A stretch of DNA of 64,000 nt. Origin: Camelus dromedarius. Taxonomy: Eukaryota. The position numbers were made by a program, and so were the translations under genes. Below, one piece after another: positions 39,991 through 53,959 of this stretch. Each line of letters begins with the position of its first letter. The stretch's first letter is position 1. The stretch covers positions 86,430,001 through 86,494,000 of the forward strand of contig NC_087437.1 in NCBI RefSeq assembly GCF_036321535.1. Reading direction: 5' to 3'. The notes beneath the pieces were generated by a model that saw only the letters and a list, made by a program, of their open reading frames with translations, was not told the origin of the DNA and did not search any database.

Positions 39991-40758
39991 AAGCATTTTA
40001 AAAATTAACTTGTGAGTAACTCATTTCCTATGCAAGTGTAGCAAACTGAAAATATTTTGTTTCACAAGGTTCTTTGCAGCATTACAAAGAGAACCAAAAA
40101 AAAAGGAAGAAAAAAATTGAAGACTTTGATGTATAAAGTAGGAAAAACAGATGTGAGGAGTATAGTGTTTTAGTTTTCTGGTATATTTTATGCTGCATCT
40201 GTGAGGAAAATGAAAAAAATAGTTTCTAATCCCATAGAAGCTCTCAGGAGAATTTTAAAAATTGCAAGTCCAAATTAATTACTTAATTCAATAATATTTT
40301 ACAAGGACACATTTAAACAGGGTTTGAAATAAAATCTCATGGTCTCATGGTTTGTAGTGTTGAGACAAATTTTATTCTAATTGTTTGAATATTCTCTTTT
40401 TAGTAATTGCTAAAGGAGATTACCCAACTCATCTGGATTTCTTGGGGGAGAGATGAAAGATAGGATGACTGCTCTTGAGATTTCTGACAGAGATCAAGTT
40501 GGAGAAGAAAAGAAAAACAAGAAAAATCTGTCAGTGTTATTTGTAACAATAACCAAGGCACTTAGGAAATGATTTCAAAAGAAATAGTGCCGGAATCAGT
40601 GATTCAAAGTAAGACAATGGGAATGTTGGAAAAACTGCAAATTGGAATTAGCTGTGCTTCCTGAAGAAGTGTCACTGCTAGGGAGAATGTGTGTGCTGGG
40701 GCCTGTGGGACAAGAACAGGAAGCAGCAACTCTTTTCCTTCAGCTTTCCTGGCTCCCT

Positions 40759-40777
40759 TTAGCGCCCCCTATTGGTG
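40759..40777 (-). promoter_or_regulatory. Candidate CTCF-binding site
   Basis: Minus strand CCAATAGGGGGCGCTA against core consensus CCASYAGRKGGCRSY (1 mismatch). Confidence 0.5.
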
Positions 40778-43700
40778 CAGTCCAACAGGGACCCAGCTGG
40801 GTAAAGCAGAAATATGGTTTACAGACTTCCATCCCCAGCATCAGAAAGAGCAGTACAGAAGTTTGAATATAAAGTTTACTACCCAGCATACATGTCACTG
40901 ATTTGAGAACACTTAATATAATTAAGACTTTTAATTTTACCTCAAGTAAATTCATGCCCTTTAGAATACAGAAATACTATACGTAGCATAAAGTATTGGG
41001 CTTGTTTCCCTCCTTAGAGTGACTTTGACCATTCTATACTTAGTACTCCTTCCTTCAAAATCTTCAAAATGGAGGAGAAGGAGAAATGGGAAGAGTAGAT
41101 GTAAGAATATAGAGAAATTACAGTATGAAGAGAGGATTAGAAACCATGCCAATCTCTAGCCTATGAAATGTGGATTTCTGGGGAACACAAATGCCCTTTA
41201 ACATGATATTTGTGATTTTTAACATGGTATTTCTTTCAGTTCCAATACTTCCTTCTAAAAGTATCAAGCACAGCAGCAAATGTGATCATATAAACTAGGG
41301 ATTGGAAAATGATTTAAAACAAACTTCTATAAGCACATTTTTTGTTTAATATTTAAAAATAGAAAGTTGACCTTATTATATATGGTTTATATATGGTTGC
41401 TTATTTTTATATAAAATATTCCTCTCCCTGCCATCTTTAAGGTGCTCCAAGTTTAATGTGTGATTTTGAAAAACAATAGCACACAGCATATACCCCATGA
41501 CTACATCGTTTAAGCAGCATAGCAGGGATGACATACCACTAAAATATAAAAGTGATATAGGCCTTGTTAAATATAAATAAAAATGTGTCTGGAGACTCTC
41601 ACATCAATCAATATGATCATATGTAAAATTATTTGTATTGAAGATATGCAATATAGCAGAAAAATCACAGGATAGTAGTTCTGAAGACTACTATTATGTC
41701 TACCCTTTGATGTGTGAAATCTTTGGCAAGATACCTGACTTTTCCTGGATTTAAGTCATCTTTTAAATGGTGGCAATGCCCAGTCTACACAGTGGCCTTG
41801 TGCTTGATTGCCAACTCTCTGCCAAGCACTAAATGTTTAAAATATTTATGAAAACTCTGTTTGATAAATATTATTATTTTCAAATAACAGAAGAAAAAAA
41901 CTAAACTTTAAATAGAAAAAGGAAAGAACAAAGGCATACAGTTAGGAAGTCATGACATTTGTACCAGCTATTGTTTCTCCAGTCTAGGATAAAATAAGTA
42001 ACGTAAGTGATTATACTTGTAAGCTATAAGTGCCATGTAAGTCTAATGAATCCAAGAAAATTTCTCATTTAGCTTTCATTATTTTAAATCAAGATAAGAG
42101 TTTAAAAAAAAAATCTGTCAATCTTGTGGGCAGCAAATCTTAACCCCCAAATTTAATCCTTCAAGAAGAAGAATAGTGTTTTGTCTTTTTTCTCTCTCAA
42201 ACTGAATTTGCTATGAATTGCTTTTTTTAAAAATATAGGTTGAAATTATCCTAACAATCACTCAGTTTTTCACTTCTTAAAAGTTTTGTGTAAAGGAAAA
42301 AAACAATATTCATTAAGGTCACTGCAAAGTCTGTTTTATCCACCAGAGGAATGAGAAAGCCTCTCTGTTCCAATATAATTCATTCTCATACCACGTGTTT
42401 GGTGGTATTTTTTAATAAGCAATGTCCTACTCCAATCCTATTTAAAAATTTTTTTTCTTTTTTCTAAATCCTAGTTCACAATGCAAATATTCCATACTTC
42501 ATTAAATTTATTTTTTATTTGAATTCCATCAGTATTTGGAAACCATGCCACATTATTTAACACTCAACTATGTAAAAAAAAGATTCACTCTAAAGGAGAC
42601 TAATTATCAAAAGAACATGCAATATTTGATGGTAACACTGAAGTTTTGTTTCACATTTTTCAGTGTATTATTATTTTTCTGAGGTGATGATAACACTTTG
42701 AAACAAGTTATATTTTCATTATGCCAAAAGTTTCTAGCAACAAATGCTACATTGTAGTTGCCCCACAAATTTAATTAGCATCATAACTTCAGCAAAGTGT
42801 TATTATCATAATGGTTCTTCAAATTTTCAACTACTATTCATATAGACTCAGCTTCCATCTCTACTAATAACCTTCTTTTAAAAAGTACACATGATATTTA
42901 AAAAGTTGAAGGAAACAGTGCATAGAAATAATGAATGAAGTAATGTCTTCCATCCTTTCATTGAGTTTCTATAATTATTTCAATGAAACTGTTTAAATGC
43001 TGTAAACTAGTTACTTACAGGAGTCAATAAGTGAAAAACAAATTGTCTCCAGAAAAAAATGATTCTCATTCAAAGCTGGATTGTATATTAGCAACTAGAA
43101 GTTGTTATTACCTGGATGGCAATCACTAGATGAACATGACTTTTTCTCTCCATATTCCACAGCGGTCCCTTAGCAACGAAGGAATATCCATTCTTCCTTA
43201 TCACCACTGTTATTGGTGCCAACCACAGAGCTGGGTAAAGCTTTTGTTAAAGTCAAAAGGTAGACAGTGTAAGTGTAAACTCTCCTTGAGATTTTTCTTC
43301 CAATCTGACAATGGATTCAGGTTAATAAATCTGAACCCCATCTGAGATTGGGCCCATAGAACAGTCATTGTTGGGGTCAGGTCCAGATCAGCTCTAGCCT
43401 TTAATCAGTGTGCTGACCTAAATAAATTCAATCAGAAAGCTTTATTCAGTTCCAACTAAAAAAAAAAAATCTTAAAAAGTAAAAAGAGTCTCTTTCAATA
43501 CATCTACCCTCACATTTACAAGGGCTACTGGAGAAAAGGAATCGTTGGAGTAGATCATGATCCTGATACCACATTTTTAGAATCAGCTTATCCGGGTAAG
43601 AATTAATGCACTTCACTGTGTAAACTGTAAAAGAAATTGCAGTCATTGCCTGGCTAAACCTTGGAAAAAATGAAGAATTTCAGTCTTTGGTGTTGTCAAA

Positions 43701-44864
43701 CTAACACCATTCATCATTCTTGAATTGGCTTTTGGCTTTAAAAAAAAAAAAACAACCCAAACCAGACACCCCTTCAGGTCCCCATAATAAAGGCAACTCC
43801 CTACTATAGTGGATCTTGGTTTTGGAGTTGATAGCAAAAAAAATGACTTCAAGTCCTTAATACTTCAAGACTGCAACTCACACTGGAGTAAACAATTTCA
43901 AGGAGTTACTGAACTAGGTATTGATTGCAAACACTAGGCTTGTTTGTTATTTGATTTTTCAATTTTCAAGGAATGAGGTGAAATTCACATCTCTCCAAAA
44001 GAAAGCGTGCTCTAGTTCCTGGAACCAGAGTTTACGTGACTTGAGTTCATTTGAAGAGAATAATTTATATTGGCATAAATAAATAATAGCAGGGAGTTCT
44101 AACTGTCTAAACAAGATATATAATATTCTGAGAAAAAGTTTGGACAGTGTTGTAACGTCTCCTATATTTTATGTTATGAGCAATTACAAGAACAAAATCA
44201 TTTCAAAATCACCTACTCAGATTTTTTTAAGTTGGATTTCTCAAATGGCGTCCTGGCATCACTTACAGACACAGGGGCAGCTTACATTGTAATCAACTGT
44301 CTCCTTGCTAGGCTTGCCTGGCAAACTTGAAAGCAGATGGTTTACAAAGGATATCAGAGTGACATTTTGCCCTTCTATCAAGTCTCTCTTTGTAAGAAAA
44401 AAAAAAAGATATACAGCTAGTGAGATTTTTTAGAAAACCACAAACCAACTTGTTTGGTGTGGGAGAGAAAATTTCTGCATCTTTAATTTAATTTGTAGAT
44501 AGGAACCTCCCCAGCTGTTACAAATTCAGCCCTGCTCACTGCTGCTGGTAGATAGATCTGTACCAAGTACATTTGCAGGTTTTGTTTCCTTTTGTGCACA
44601 TTTAAATCTTAACTGAACCAACTCCTTTGAATTAGCCTGATAGCAGTTGAGTATTAAGCACTGTCCTTCTGAATTCCCTCTTTTGCAGGTCAGACTTTTG
44701 TTGATAAGGGATCAGTAGGAATGTTTACATTACTAAATCCAGAAATAAAGGCGTACATACTAATTACTGTGCTTTAATTCTAAGGGCTGAAAAATCTAAA
44801 CAAGGAAGTGATTAAAACTGGCTTTTATTTTAGTAAATGACCAAACGAAAAAGAGAGTGCATAG

Positions 44865-45030
44865 CCTAAAAGGAAGAGCATGAACAAGAAGTGAGGAAGT
44901 ATTAATTCTGATCTCATTCTGCCATGTATTAGCTGTGGGACCTATGAGCAGTCATTTGACTGAGCCTCACTTTTCTTATCTGAAAAGTAAGGATGATGGG
45001 CTGAGATACCGTCCAGCATTAAAATTCTGT
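44865..45030 (+). mobile_element. MIR SINE
   Basis: tctgccatgtattagctgtgggacctatgagcagtcattt...ctgagcctcacttttcttatctgaaaa. Confidence 0.75.
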
Positions 45031-45407
45031 GGTAAGCTGAGGTCCCATATTGAGCTATTTTAGATTTTACTATCCAAAAGGGAGAGCAATAAATTTCCTT
45101 TCTGTATGTAGTGCTCTTAGAAGAGGCATTTGTGAGTAATGGAATTTTATAATAATCTGGTCCCACATTTACACAGACCATTTCACCAATACCCTTGGCT
45201 TCCAGAAACCTATTCTATTGTCACTACAGCTGAGAAGTAAAAATTGTATCTGTAGATAAAATGGGAGAATTAATTTCATTAATGATGATGTTACTGAATC
45301 CCATTGAATTTCAGAATTTCCAGTGCTAATTTATTACCTGAAGTATATTGGTGGATTAAAAGTCTTATTCTACATGTTATGTAATATATCTATTGCTGTT
45401 TATGTGT

Positions 45408-46423
45408 TGTGGTAGGCTGAAAAATGATCCCCTAAGAGACAGCCACTGAAACTAGAGAATGTTACTATGTATGTGTTGATGTCAATCTCAGAAATAAAGC
45501 AGCCAGTTATTTCACCAAGAAAATGAGTTTATTTGGGAATAGCTGAGAATTGCAATTTGGGACAAGCAAGCTATGGTGAATCTTAGGCAAGCCCAGAGAA
45601 CAAAAAGAGAGGGGTTTGCTTTTATTAGGTTTGGGGAGGAAATTGGGGAGGGTTGTTTTGAATAAAAGTTTATTGGGGAAAACAAGAGTTCAAGTTTGTG
45701 GCTGTTTCTCATTGGTTGCAGGCAGTGGTTAGTGTGTTGCTGGGGCAGGAGAGATCTTCCTTCATTTTCTTAAAAGCAGGAAATGAAACTCCCATGTGAA
45801 AAATGTTCTACCTTGTACCAGAAGAAGAGTAAGTCTTGTGTCATGGATAAGAAGTTGAGACCTAGAGAATTTTAGATGAAGAAATACACAAACTGTCTTC
45901 CTTCTCCCTGCTGACCAGGGAGGCTGCAGCTAGTGGTGCATTCTTGAGAGCGCTCCCTTCAGGCCTTCCTGACTCTGTTTTCCATGAGGTTTTCCTTTAT
46001 TTATTTTCACTTTGGAATAAAGGGTCTTTGCAGATGTGGTTAAATGAAGGATATTGAGCTGAGGAGATTATTATGGATTATCAACGTGGGTCCCAGTGCA
46101 ACCACAGGTATCTTTATAAGTGGGCGGGAAGTGGAGTTTTACACAGACAGAAGGTAATGCAATGTGACAGTGGAAGCAGAGACTACAGCGATGTGGCCAC
46201 AAGCCAAGGCACTTGGGCAGCTGCCAGAAGCTGGAAGAGACAAGGAAGGGATTCTCCTCTAGAGCTTCCGGAGGGAGCAGGACCCCCTTACAACACCTGA
46301 TTTCAGCTCAGTGAAACTGGTTTTGAACTTCTGGTATCCAGATTTGTGAGAGAATAAATTTCTGTTATTTTTAGCTCCAAGACTGTGGTCATTTGTTACA
46401 GCAGCCACAGGAAACTAATTACA
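45408..46423 (+). mobile_element. MLT1C/D-like LTR split by an inserted ERV LTR
   Basis: tgtggtaggctgaaaaatgatccc ... ctttgcagatgtggttaa ... gccagaagctggaaga ... tttgttacagcagccacaggaaactaattaca; 5-bp TSD tgtgt/tgtgc. Confidence 0.9.
45474..46009 (-). mobile_element. ERV (ERV1-like) solo LTR
   Basis: TG...CA termini (minus strand tgaaaataaataaaggaaaacc ... gacatcaaca), minus-strand AATAAA at ~45527-45532; interrupts the MLT1. Confidence 0.7.
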
Positions 46424-48134
46424 TGTGCCAGTGTATTTTTTTTCACTCTTATTACCAAAGACCATGTACAATGCAAGTTTTGATGCCAGAGTTTTGGTAA
46501 ACAGCTGGGCTTTAAGGCATCTTTATGTGTTTAAGGCATATTTTGCTTCTGTTTGGCATCTCTTAGTGTATATCCCACACTTAATGAGAATTTATTTTTA
46601 GAGATTGGTTGTAGAAAAACTTTGGGTTCATGGTGTGACATTTACTTTTGATAAGAAGCATTACACATTTGAGGTTTTCTTGAGTGTTTTGGTCTCTAGG
46701 AAGCTGAATGTGAAATAACCATTTTTTCTCCAATGGGTAGAAAATAAAAATGCTATATAAGTGATCTTAAGTGCAAACATCAATTTTTTTTCCCCACGAA
46801 TCATCCGGAATACTTACCTACAGTGGTATTTCATGGTCCCTCTTATTCCCCTGTAATCAAATCATTGTTAAGTTACTAAATGTAATTTAACAAACAAGTG
46901 TGTCATATGACATGATTAAGAGGCAACTTTATTTTTGTCTCCCTCTGCCCATTCAAAATGTGTTCAGTGAGGCTATTCCTTCAGAGACGAAAATAGATGC
47001 AGGCACCATGATTTTTCTATAATTCTTAAATAATAGGTCTTCCATTAATTTTAAGTCTTAAACATATCTCAGATTGGTAAATAGGATGTCTGGTTCTACA
47101 TTAATAAAAGACTGTGAGCTTGACTTACCACCAAAGTCTTTTCTTCATTCCCAGACTGGGGAGCCTCAGTCTGGAAGTCTACAGCAGGGAAGCAGCCATG
47201 CCTGGCTTCTCTTTCCTTCCAGCAAGCCTGAACCCACCACATCACCCCGCTCTCACCGCTTGCTAGCTCCCTCCATTGCTAGCTGCTGTTTCTTACCTTG
47301 TATGTTCGAAGGGAACAGGAAAAAAAAAAGTGAAGTGAGGGCTTTGGAGAGATCTGACCTGAAATTGTACCATCATTAGCTGACTGTGCTGTCTGGGTCC
47401 AGTGGGTGAGTCCTTCATAGTGCCCTTTTGTAGGCTTCTGGGAGTCCTTGTGCTCTCCTTTGGTTCCACTGACACCAGCAGGTAAACCACAAATCTCTCT
47501 TCTGAGAGGTCATGAAGACTCAGGCTCCTTTCTCAGGTGCTGGGCATCCAGCTTCACACATCCAACCGTTTTTTTTTTGGCTGTGTTCTTTTTGTCCCTA
47601 GAAGGGCCTTATGGAATAGTACCCAGGGTGACCCCCAGGCTGAGTCTTTTGCCTTGACCACCTTTGAGAGAGCAGCCCAGTGGCCACAGGGCAGAAGTCT
47701 CCTGATTCTGTTTGAAAGTAGTTATCAGACCCTCTCTCCATCCCTATATTGTCTGGGAGTTCTACTCAAGCCACTATCTAACTGTCTCAGGCATGATTTG
47801 GTACCTATCCTCTGGGTTGCTCAACTCCAGTGAACACTTTTCAAAGCTTTCAGAGTGGTTGCCTTGAAAGATTTGAGGTGAGGGGAAAGACATCCTTCCA
47901 TTAGGGTGAGTGATAATTACCCCAATGATATTTTCCTCATGGCATCGTCACACTTTCTTCACACTCTGACCCCTTCCAGGAGCCATGGAATCGGTTCATA
48001 TAGAAGTTGTTTTGAATATCTGCATATATGTGTTTCTCCCATACCTCTGGCGGTATTTGCTCTCTCCAGTACTGACACCTCAGTGACTGAAGTGGAAAGA
48101 ATTAGGCTCAATTGTGTTCAAAAATCCTAATAAC

Positions 48135-48285
48135 CTGTGGTGCTTCAACCCTGGCATTGTATAACTCATACAAAAAGGGTCCTAGAGCACATATGCCTAG
48201 ATGCCTCTCCAGATTATAATCACAACCTCTGTGGTCTAGCGACTAGGAATCCAGTTTTTTAAAGCACAGGAGATAATCCTGGAAG
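48135..48285. mobile_element. Degenerate MER5-like MITE
   Basis: atgcctagatgcctctcccagattataatcacaacctctg...ggaatccagttttttaaagc. Confidence 0.45.
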
Positions 48286-49486
48286 GCTGTTAGGTTTTTG
48301 CTTCGTTGATAGGTATATTCAAAGACGCATAAATGATGTGATGCTCATGAGTGTCTGGGTCTCTTTTGGTGGAAATATCATGGATATTGTGAATAATGCT
48401 TTTATAAACTATTCTAAACACTTTGCAACCTGAAACTGTATTTTTGTTTATAAAAATGTGGCACATTCTTAAGAATATCTTGGTAGAGAAATTATTAATC
48501 CATGAAGGTTTACGCTTTTAGACAACTTGGATTTTCCTTTTACTACAGTCATTTAGTAGATAATCAAATATGTATCATATGCATCCATAAGTTCTTGGTG
48601 TGTGTCATTGTTAAAGAGGCTAGCATTAGTGGTGAAACCATAGTTTCATTCACATTTTCAATTCAGGCCCTTTTCTGGAACTTACATTCCCCTAAACAGA
48701 GTAATAATCTTGAAATACATTTAGATTTACTCCAGAAAAAAAAAGTCTGCTCCCCAAATGTATAATATGAAAAAGTACACCTATGTGATGTTTTAACTAA
48801 TAATCATAATTAAACACTTCAGGCAGCCAAATAAAATTTATCAGAAAGAAAATCATTTGCTCTGTGGATTCATCTATGTCATTATGCCTTGGAATAGCTG
48901 CAGAAGCCACCTGATATTACTATAAAGATTTGGGCAATGTCCAAATTGAATAACCAAGTCACTCTGGAAAGTAAAAGATAATTCACACAAGTATTTTACT
49001 CATGGCCTTGTTTTGATATGAATTGAAACTTTGCTCATCCTTGAGAATCTTAAACCACAATCTTAAAGTATATTTAAATATTTCTATGGTGACATAAGAG
49101 TTCACATTTAACAGTCCATGTGGAGTGACATAAGGGGCTGCATGGACAGGGTAAAATTCTTACCCGTGAATATCAGTGCCTGATACGTCAGCATTAGAGA
49201 ATATCTCCTTATCTTCTCTCTTCAAATAAAAGTATTCCCTCCCACCAAATCAGCACATTATGACAAAATAACCCTTTACTAGGAATAAAGTTGCCAGATT
49301 TTTTTCCTTTTTGACAAGGAGACCTGGCGACAGGGTAGAGAACTGAGAATCTAGGAACCCAGAAATGGTAATGAAAGAGAAGATAGGAGCCCAAGAATAT
49401 TCCTGATTTTCTTGAAAGATTGGTCTTGGAATAACTTTTATTTATTTATTTTAAATCTCATTTGCTCCCATGGTTTTAACTACCAC

Positions 49487-50053
49487 TGTATTAGTTACGT
49501 ATTTGTTGTGAAACAAATCACCCCAGAATGTGGTGGCTTAACATAACACACATTTATTATCTCATAATTGTGTGGGTCATAGTTTGTGTGAGACAGCTGG
49601 GCACAGACCTTTGCTGGGTCCTCTGTTTCTTGTAAGAATGTAATCAAGGAGTCAGCTAGGGTTGGGGTCTGACCTGAAAGCTTGACTAGGGAAGGATCTC
49701 CTTTGAAGCTCATATAGATGGTTGCTGGCAGGATTCAGGGCTGTTGAACAAAAGACCTCTCTTCCCTACTGGCTATTGGCTGGAAGCTGGCCTCAGTTTG
49801 TTCCATGTAAGCTTTTCCAACATGGCAACTTGTTTCATCAAGGCCAGGAAGAAAGGGAATCTGCTAGCCAAGTGGAAGTCACAGTTTTTCTAACCTAATA
49901 ATGGAAGTGACATCCTATCACTTTTGTCATATCTTATGGGTAAGAAACAAATTACTAGAGCAAACTTACTTTTAAGGGGAAGGAATTATATAAAGATACG
50001 AATTCTAGCCCATAGAAATCATTGGGGGTCTTCTTAGACATCTGTGTACCATC
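49487..50053 (-). mobile_element. MLT1E/F-like LTR
   Basis: tgtattagtt...acaaatcaccccagaatgtggtggcttaa...catttattatctcata...ggaagtgacatcctatcactttt. Confidence 0.85.
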
Positions 50054-50059
50054 ACCATC

Positions 50060-50600
50060 AACATGTTGAATATAAATCTTCAGCTCAACCAAGAAAACAC
50101 ATGTGGATTCCCACAAGAACCATAGCCCAAACATGGCTGAATCTGCTTCTCTTCTTGTGTTCTTTAATTTTGGTTAAAGGCATCACCAGCCACCCAGCTT
50201 TCCATGCTAAAAACTTGATGTCATGCTCAACAACTCTCCATTTTCTCCTGCTGTCCATGTCGAGTTTGTTCCTAAGTCATGCTGATGCTTTGACCAGAAT
50301 TTTCTTGAATCTCTCTAATGTCTGCCAAACTGTCGCTGTTCTCTACTGATCATCTTTCACCATTGCATGAGCCTTCAAAGACTCTTCCATGGGTCTTTCT
50401 CACTTCAGTCTACCACTTACTTAATTTGGTACTTTGCTCAGGTCATTTCTTGCAGGAAATAATCTCTATTCCTATAGCCATTCCTTGCCCATCAAATTCT
50501 TATTCATTTGTTAAGACCTAGTTGAAATGCGTCTAACTGGTAGAAACCCTGTTATACTACATTTGAACAGCAAAGGTGCTTCCTCTGATATGTTGGAGAT
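50060..50600 (+). mobile_element. LINE-2 fragments
   Basis: ggttaaaggcatcaccagccacccag...ctaaaaacttgatgtcat...aaattcttattcatttgttaagacctagttgaaatg. Confidence 0.55.
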
Positions 50601-50934
50601 AGATGATGTATAATAAAAAGATCTCAAGAAAATTTTACTCCAAAGAGAAAACTTTTAAAATATGGACATGGACTTGTATTCTTTATTCTTCTGTAAAGTC
50701 TACATGCAATTATACAGTGAAGAATGCTATTTTCAGTTAATGAGCATTGTCTAAGAATATTTTTCATTATGTGTGTTTTTCTGTTTCTTTTGCTCTGAAA
50801 CAGTTTATTACAATGGCTAAAAAACTACTAGCATTTTCAAGTTATTCAGCAACAGAATGTTGAAATATCTAGTTTCACAATGATTCATTGAATTGTCTAA
50901 ACACATTAAGAAAACTAGTCTTTTAAGCATTTTG

Positions 50935-51085
50935 GTGTACTTGGTCAAAAACAGGGACTAGGAAACCTGAGTTTTAGTGCTAACTCTGCCACTAAGATGC
51001 TTTGCTGCTTTGGAGAATTATTTTCCCATTATGGTTAAGGATATTTATCTATAGAATAAAGAAATGGGACTAGATTACTGGTATT
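50935..51085 (+). mobile_element. MIR fragment
   Basis: gaaacctgagttttagtgctaactctgccactaag...gggactagatt. Confidence 0.55.
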
Positions 51086-51616
51086 TAACCTCTGTTCTTC
51101 TGAATCTTAAAGTGGCAGGGCTTTAAGAGTTCTGATACAGGGTCTAGATCATAATGTAGACTCACTTAATATTTATTCTTTTACTATTTCTTTTACCACC
51201 ACCACTAAGTGTGTTTATTTTCACCTGTACTAGTTATGGCTGCTGTTTCTTGGACTCTGATCCTTTTGCTTTTAACACAACCACAAAATAAAACTACAGG
51301 CGGCCAGAATTAGCAGTCCTTCCCTGCCTCAGTGAGCCTTTCTTATTCTCTTTGGGCTCAGAATTCCCAGTCTACACAAATAAATTTCTCTATGAACAAA
51401 TTGCTTTTTTTGTTTTAAGAACTGCTGTTATTTTAAGTATATTTATACTTTTTGGATGCTACAAAATTGTTAGCCTTGACCAACTTAGAATTTTTAAAAC
51501 AATTATTATAAATTCAAGCTACATTTTTATTTAATATATTGATTTATCTTTCTACTGACTTTCCGCCCTGTAGATCAATTTCTTGAAATTTTAATGTTAA
51601 AAAATGAAATCATCTT

Positions 51617-51849
51617 TTTTAAACATTTTTTATTGATTTATAATCATTTTACAATGTTGTATCAAATTCCAGTGTTCAGCACAATTTTTCAGTCATACAT
51701 GGACATATACACACTCATTGTCACATTTTTTCTCTGTGAGCTACCATAACATTTTGTGTATATTTCCCTGTGCTATACAGTATAATCTTGTTTACCTATT
51801 CTACAATTTTGAAATCCCAGTCTATCCCTTCCCACCCTCCGCCCCCCTG
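51617..51849 (-). mobile_element. Short (~233 bp) young L1 3'UTR end with TSD
   Basis: Highly similar to 4035-4274; perfect TSD gaaatcatctt (51606-51616 / 51850-51860). Confidence 0.9.
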
Positions 51850-53414
51850 GAAATCATCTTATAGTAATTGCTTTAGTTAAGAGTCCAAGACTCTAAACTT
51901 TGGCAAACCATGCTTGTTATTATATTGCATATAAAATTAGCGTGCATATTAGATTACATTAGGCTAGCCTTAGGCCCTGATCACTAGCAGATTGAGAATT
52001 TTCCTTAACTCTCCACTTACTCATTAGAGTTAGAAAAATACTTTTGTTATTAGGTATGTTATGATTTAACATTACTGTTTTTAGGGGCTTTTGTTTTTCT
52101 GTGGTTGCCTACTGTGTTATTCTTAGTGGTGGATGGAGACATAGAGTTGAGGTGCAGAAAAGGAAAGCATGAAGATATCATTGAAGAAATAGTTTTGCAT
52201 ACCTACTTGTTTATTACAGTAGGTTTTACTTTTTCTTCTTGCTGTCAATATAATATTTAGTGATTAGGGTGATCTACTAAGACGTTGAGTGAGAATGAGC
52301 ATTGTAATTCTCTGTTGAGAGCTTTGGATGAATAACTGAATATGGTCCAAGACATGGAAATTTAATGGTTCCTGCATCTAAAATGACTTTGTTGATACAT
52401 GGAAGCGATATAAGAGATTTTATTCTGCATGTAACAAAGGAGATAGAGAACTCCTAGATGCTAAAAGATGCTAAACTTTTGGCAATCAAGAAAAACTAAT
52501 ATTCCACATATTAAGATCACACATTGGCCTGATTTATTACAGATTTGGATGTTTAATTGCTTTGTGCAGTAATTGAAAACCTGCTTTTCACATGCATCCT
52601 GATTCCTTGATGACAAATACAAATTTTAGAAGAAGAATCAATATTAATTTAACAAGAAGAATCAATAGCCTGGTGAAACATTGTAATACTAGTTTGACAT
52701 TTTCAGGATTACTTTATATTCATTCAATACATGTTTATTAAATGCCTATTTAGTGATAGGTACTAGCATCAAAGATGAATGCTGCATAATTATATTGTTA
52801 TTATATGAGGACATCTCACCATGAGGGGAGAGACACTAAGTGAGAAATGACCAGCTATTTTATTAGAATCTCTCCTACCAAGTGACCTCAGGCCCTGTAG
52901 ATAGATTATGACTAGTGAGCTGTTGGGAGAATTCAGGCAAGACCTATTTATTCCAGCTGATAGCAGACATCTTCCTTTGTTAAAATGCTTCCACTTACTG
53001 CCAGAGCTGGAGTTTTAGGCCCTAGCAGAGGTCATAGGCAAAAATAGAAAGTGCAAGTTCATCTGTGTAAGACATACAAGGACATCTATCATAACATTGC
53101 AAAGGAAATAACTTTTGAATGATAAGGACAAGAAGCACTGGGGGAAAACCTGCATTAATGTTGTAGACCAGGCTGGGGGAAGTGGGGGAGGGGTTTGGAG
53201 TGGAGGTTGGGAGTGGAGCAAAACCTCTCAATAGAAGTTGACTGTTCACAAAAGTGCTACGAATGCCTCAAGGCCTGCCTCAAATGTGGCTGCTAAGATC
53301 AGAGCTGTTTACGATTTATTGCCAGATACTATCAGATCTACATTTACTCAACTGAGTTAAATGGAATATTAGGCAGAAGCACTAAAATAAAAATATAATG
53401 ACTTTGTGGTTGGA

Positions 53415-53545
53415 TATAACTAGTTTTCAATCCTGACTCTGATGACAGGCAAATTACTTAACGTCTCTGGGTCTCAGTGTTCTCATTTGTCGTGTGGAAT
53501 AGTACCTATCCTATGCAGTAGTTGTGATGATTAAATAGAATACAG
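53415..53545 (+). mobile_element. MIR SINE
   Basis: ttcaatcctgactctg...ggcaaattacttaacgtctctgggtctcagt...gttgtgatgattaaat. Confidence 0.8.
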
Positions 53546-53959
53546 TACTTTCAGTGACTAATGACTGAGTGAGTCAGATGAATAAATGTAAAGCCCCAAA
53601 TCTAGCCCAAGAGTGTGGTCGATAAACATGCTTCCTTTCCCTTCTCATCTCTCTCTGCTTGTGCTACAATTTCCACTGATTGCATGCTTTTCCAGGAAAG
53701 GATTTTCTAAGAATAAACCTATACTCCTAATTAGGTAACCATTATCTTGGATTAGTTTCTGGTGAAAATTGGGAGAAGTGTTAAAAGCACAGACTCCAAA
53801 ACTTTGCTGGGTGCAAAGCTCAGCTCTGACATTATCAAGTGGAGGGCTGTGGGGCCTCAATGTGTAGAATATAATGTCCCTCAAGAACAAATGTGAGGAC
53901 TACATGAATTAATACATTTTGAGCACCTGGTACATAGCAAGCCCTTTTTAATTTTAATT

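Noticed and set aside
46812..46870. Minus-strand 33-nt exon-like segment with an AG|GTAAGT donor
   Set aside because: Weak acceptor and no partner exons; consistent with chance
52630..52667. 14-bp direct repeat aagaagaatcaata; similar micro-duplications near 19981, 35798, 40317 and 58765
   Set aside because: Ordinary slippage duplications
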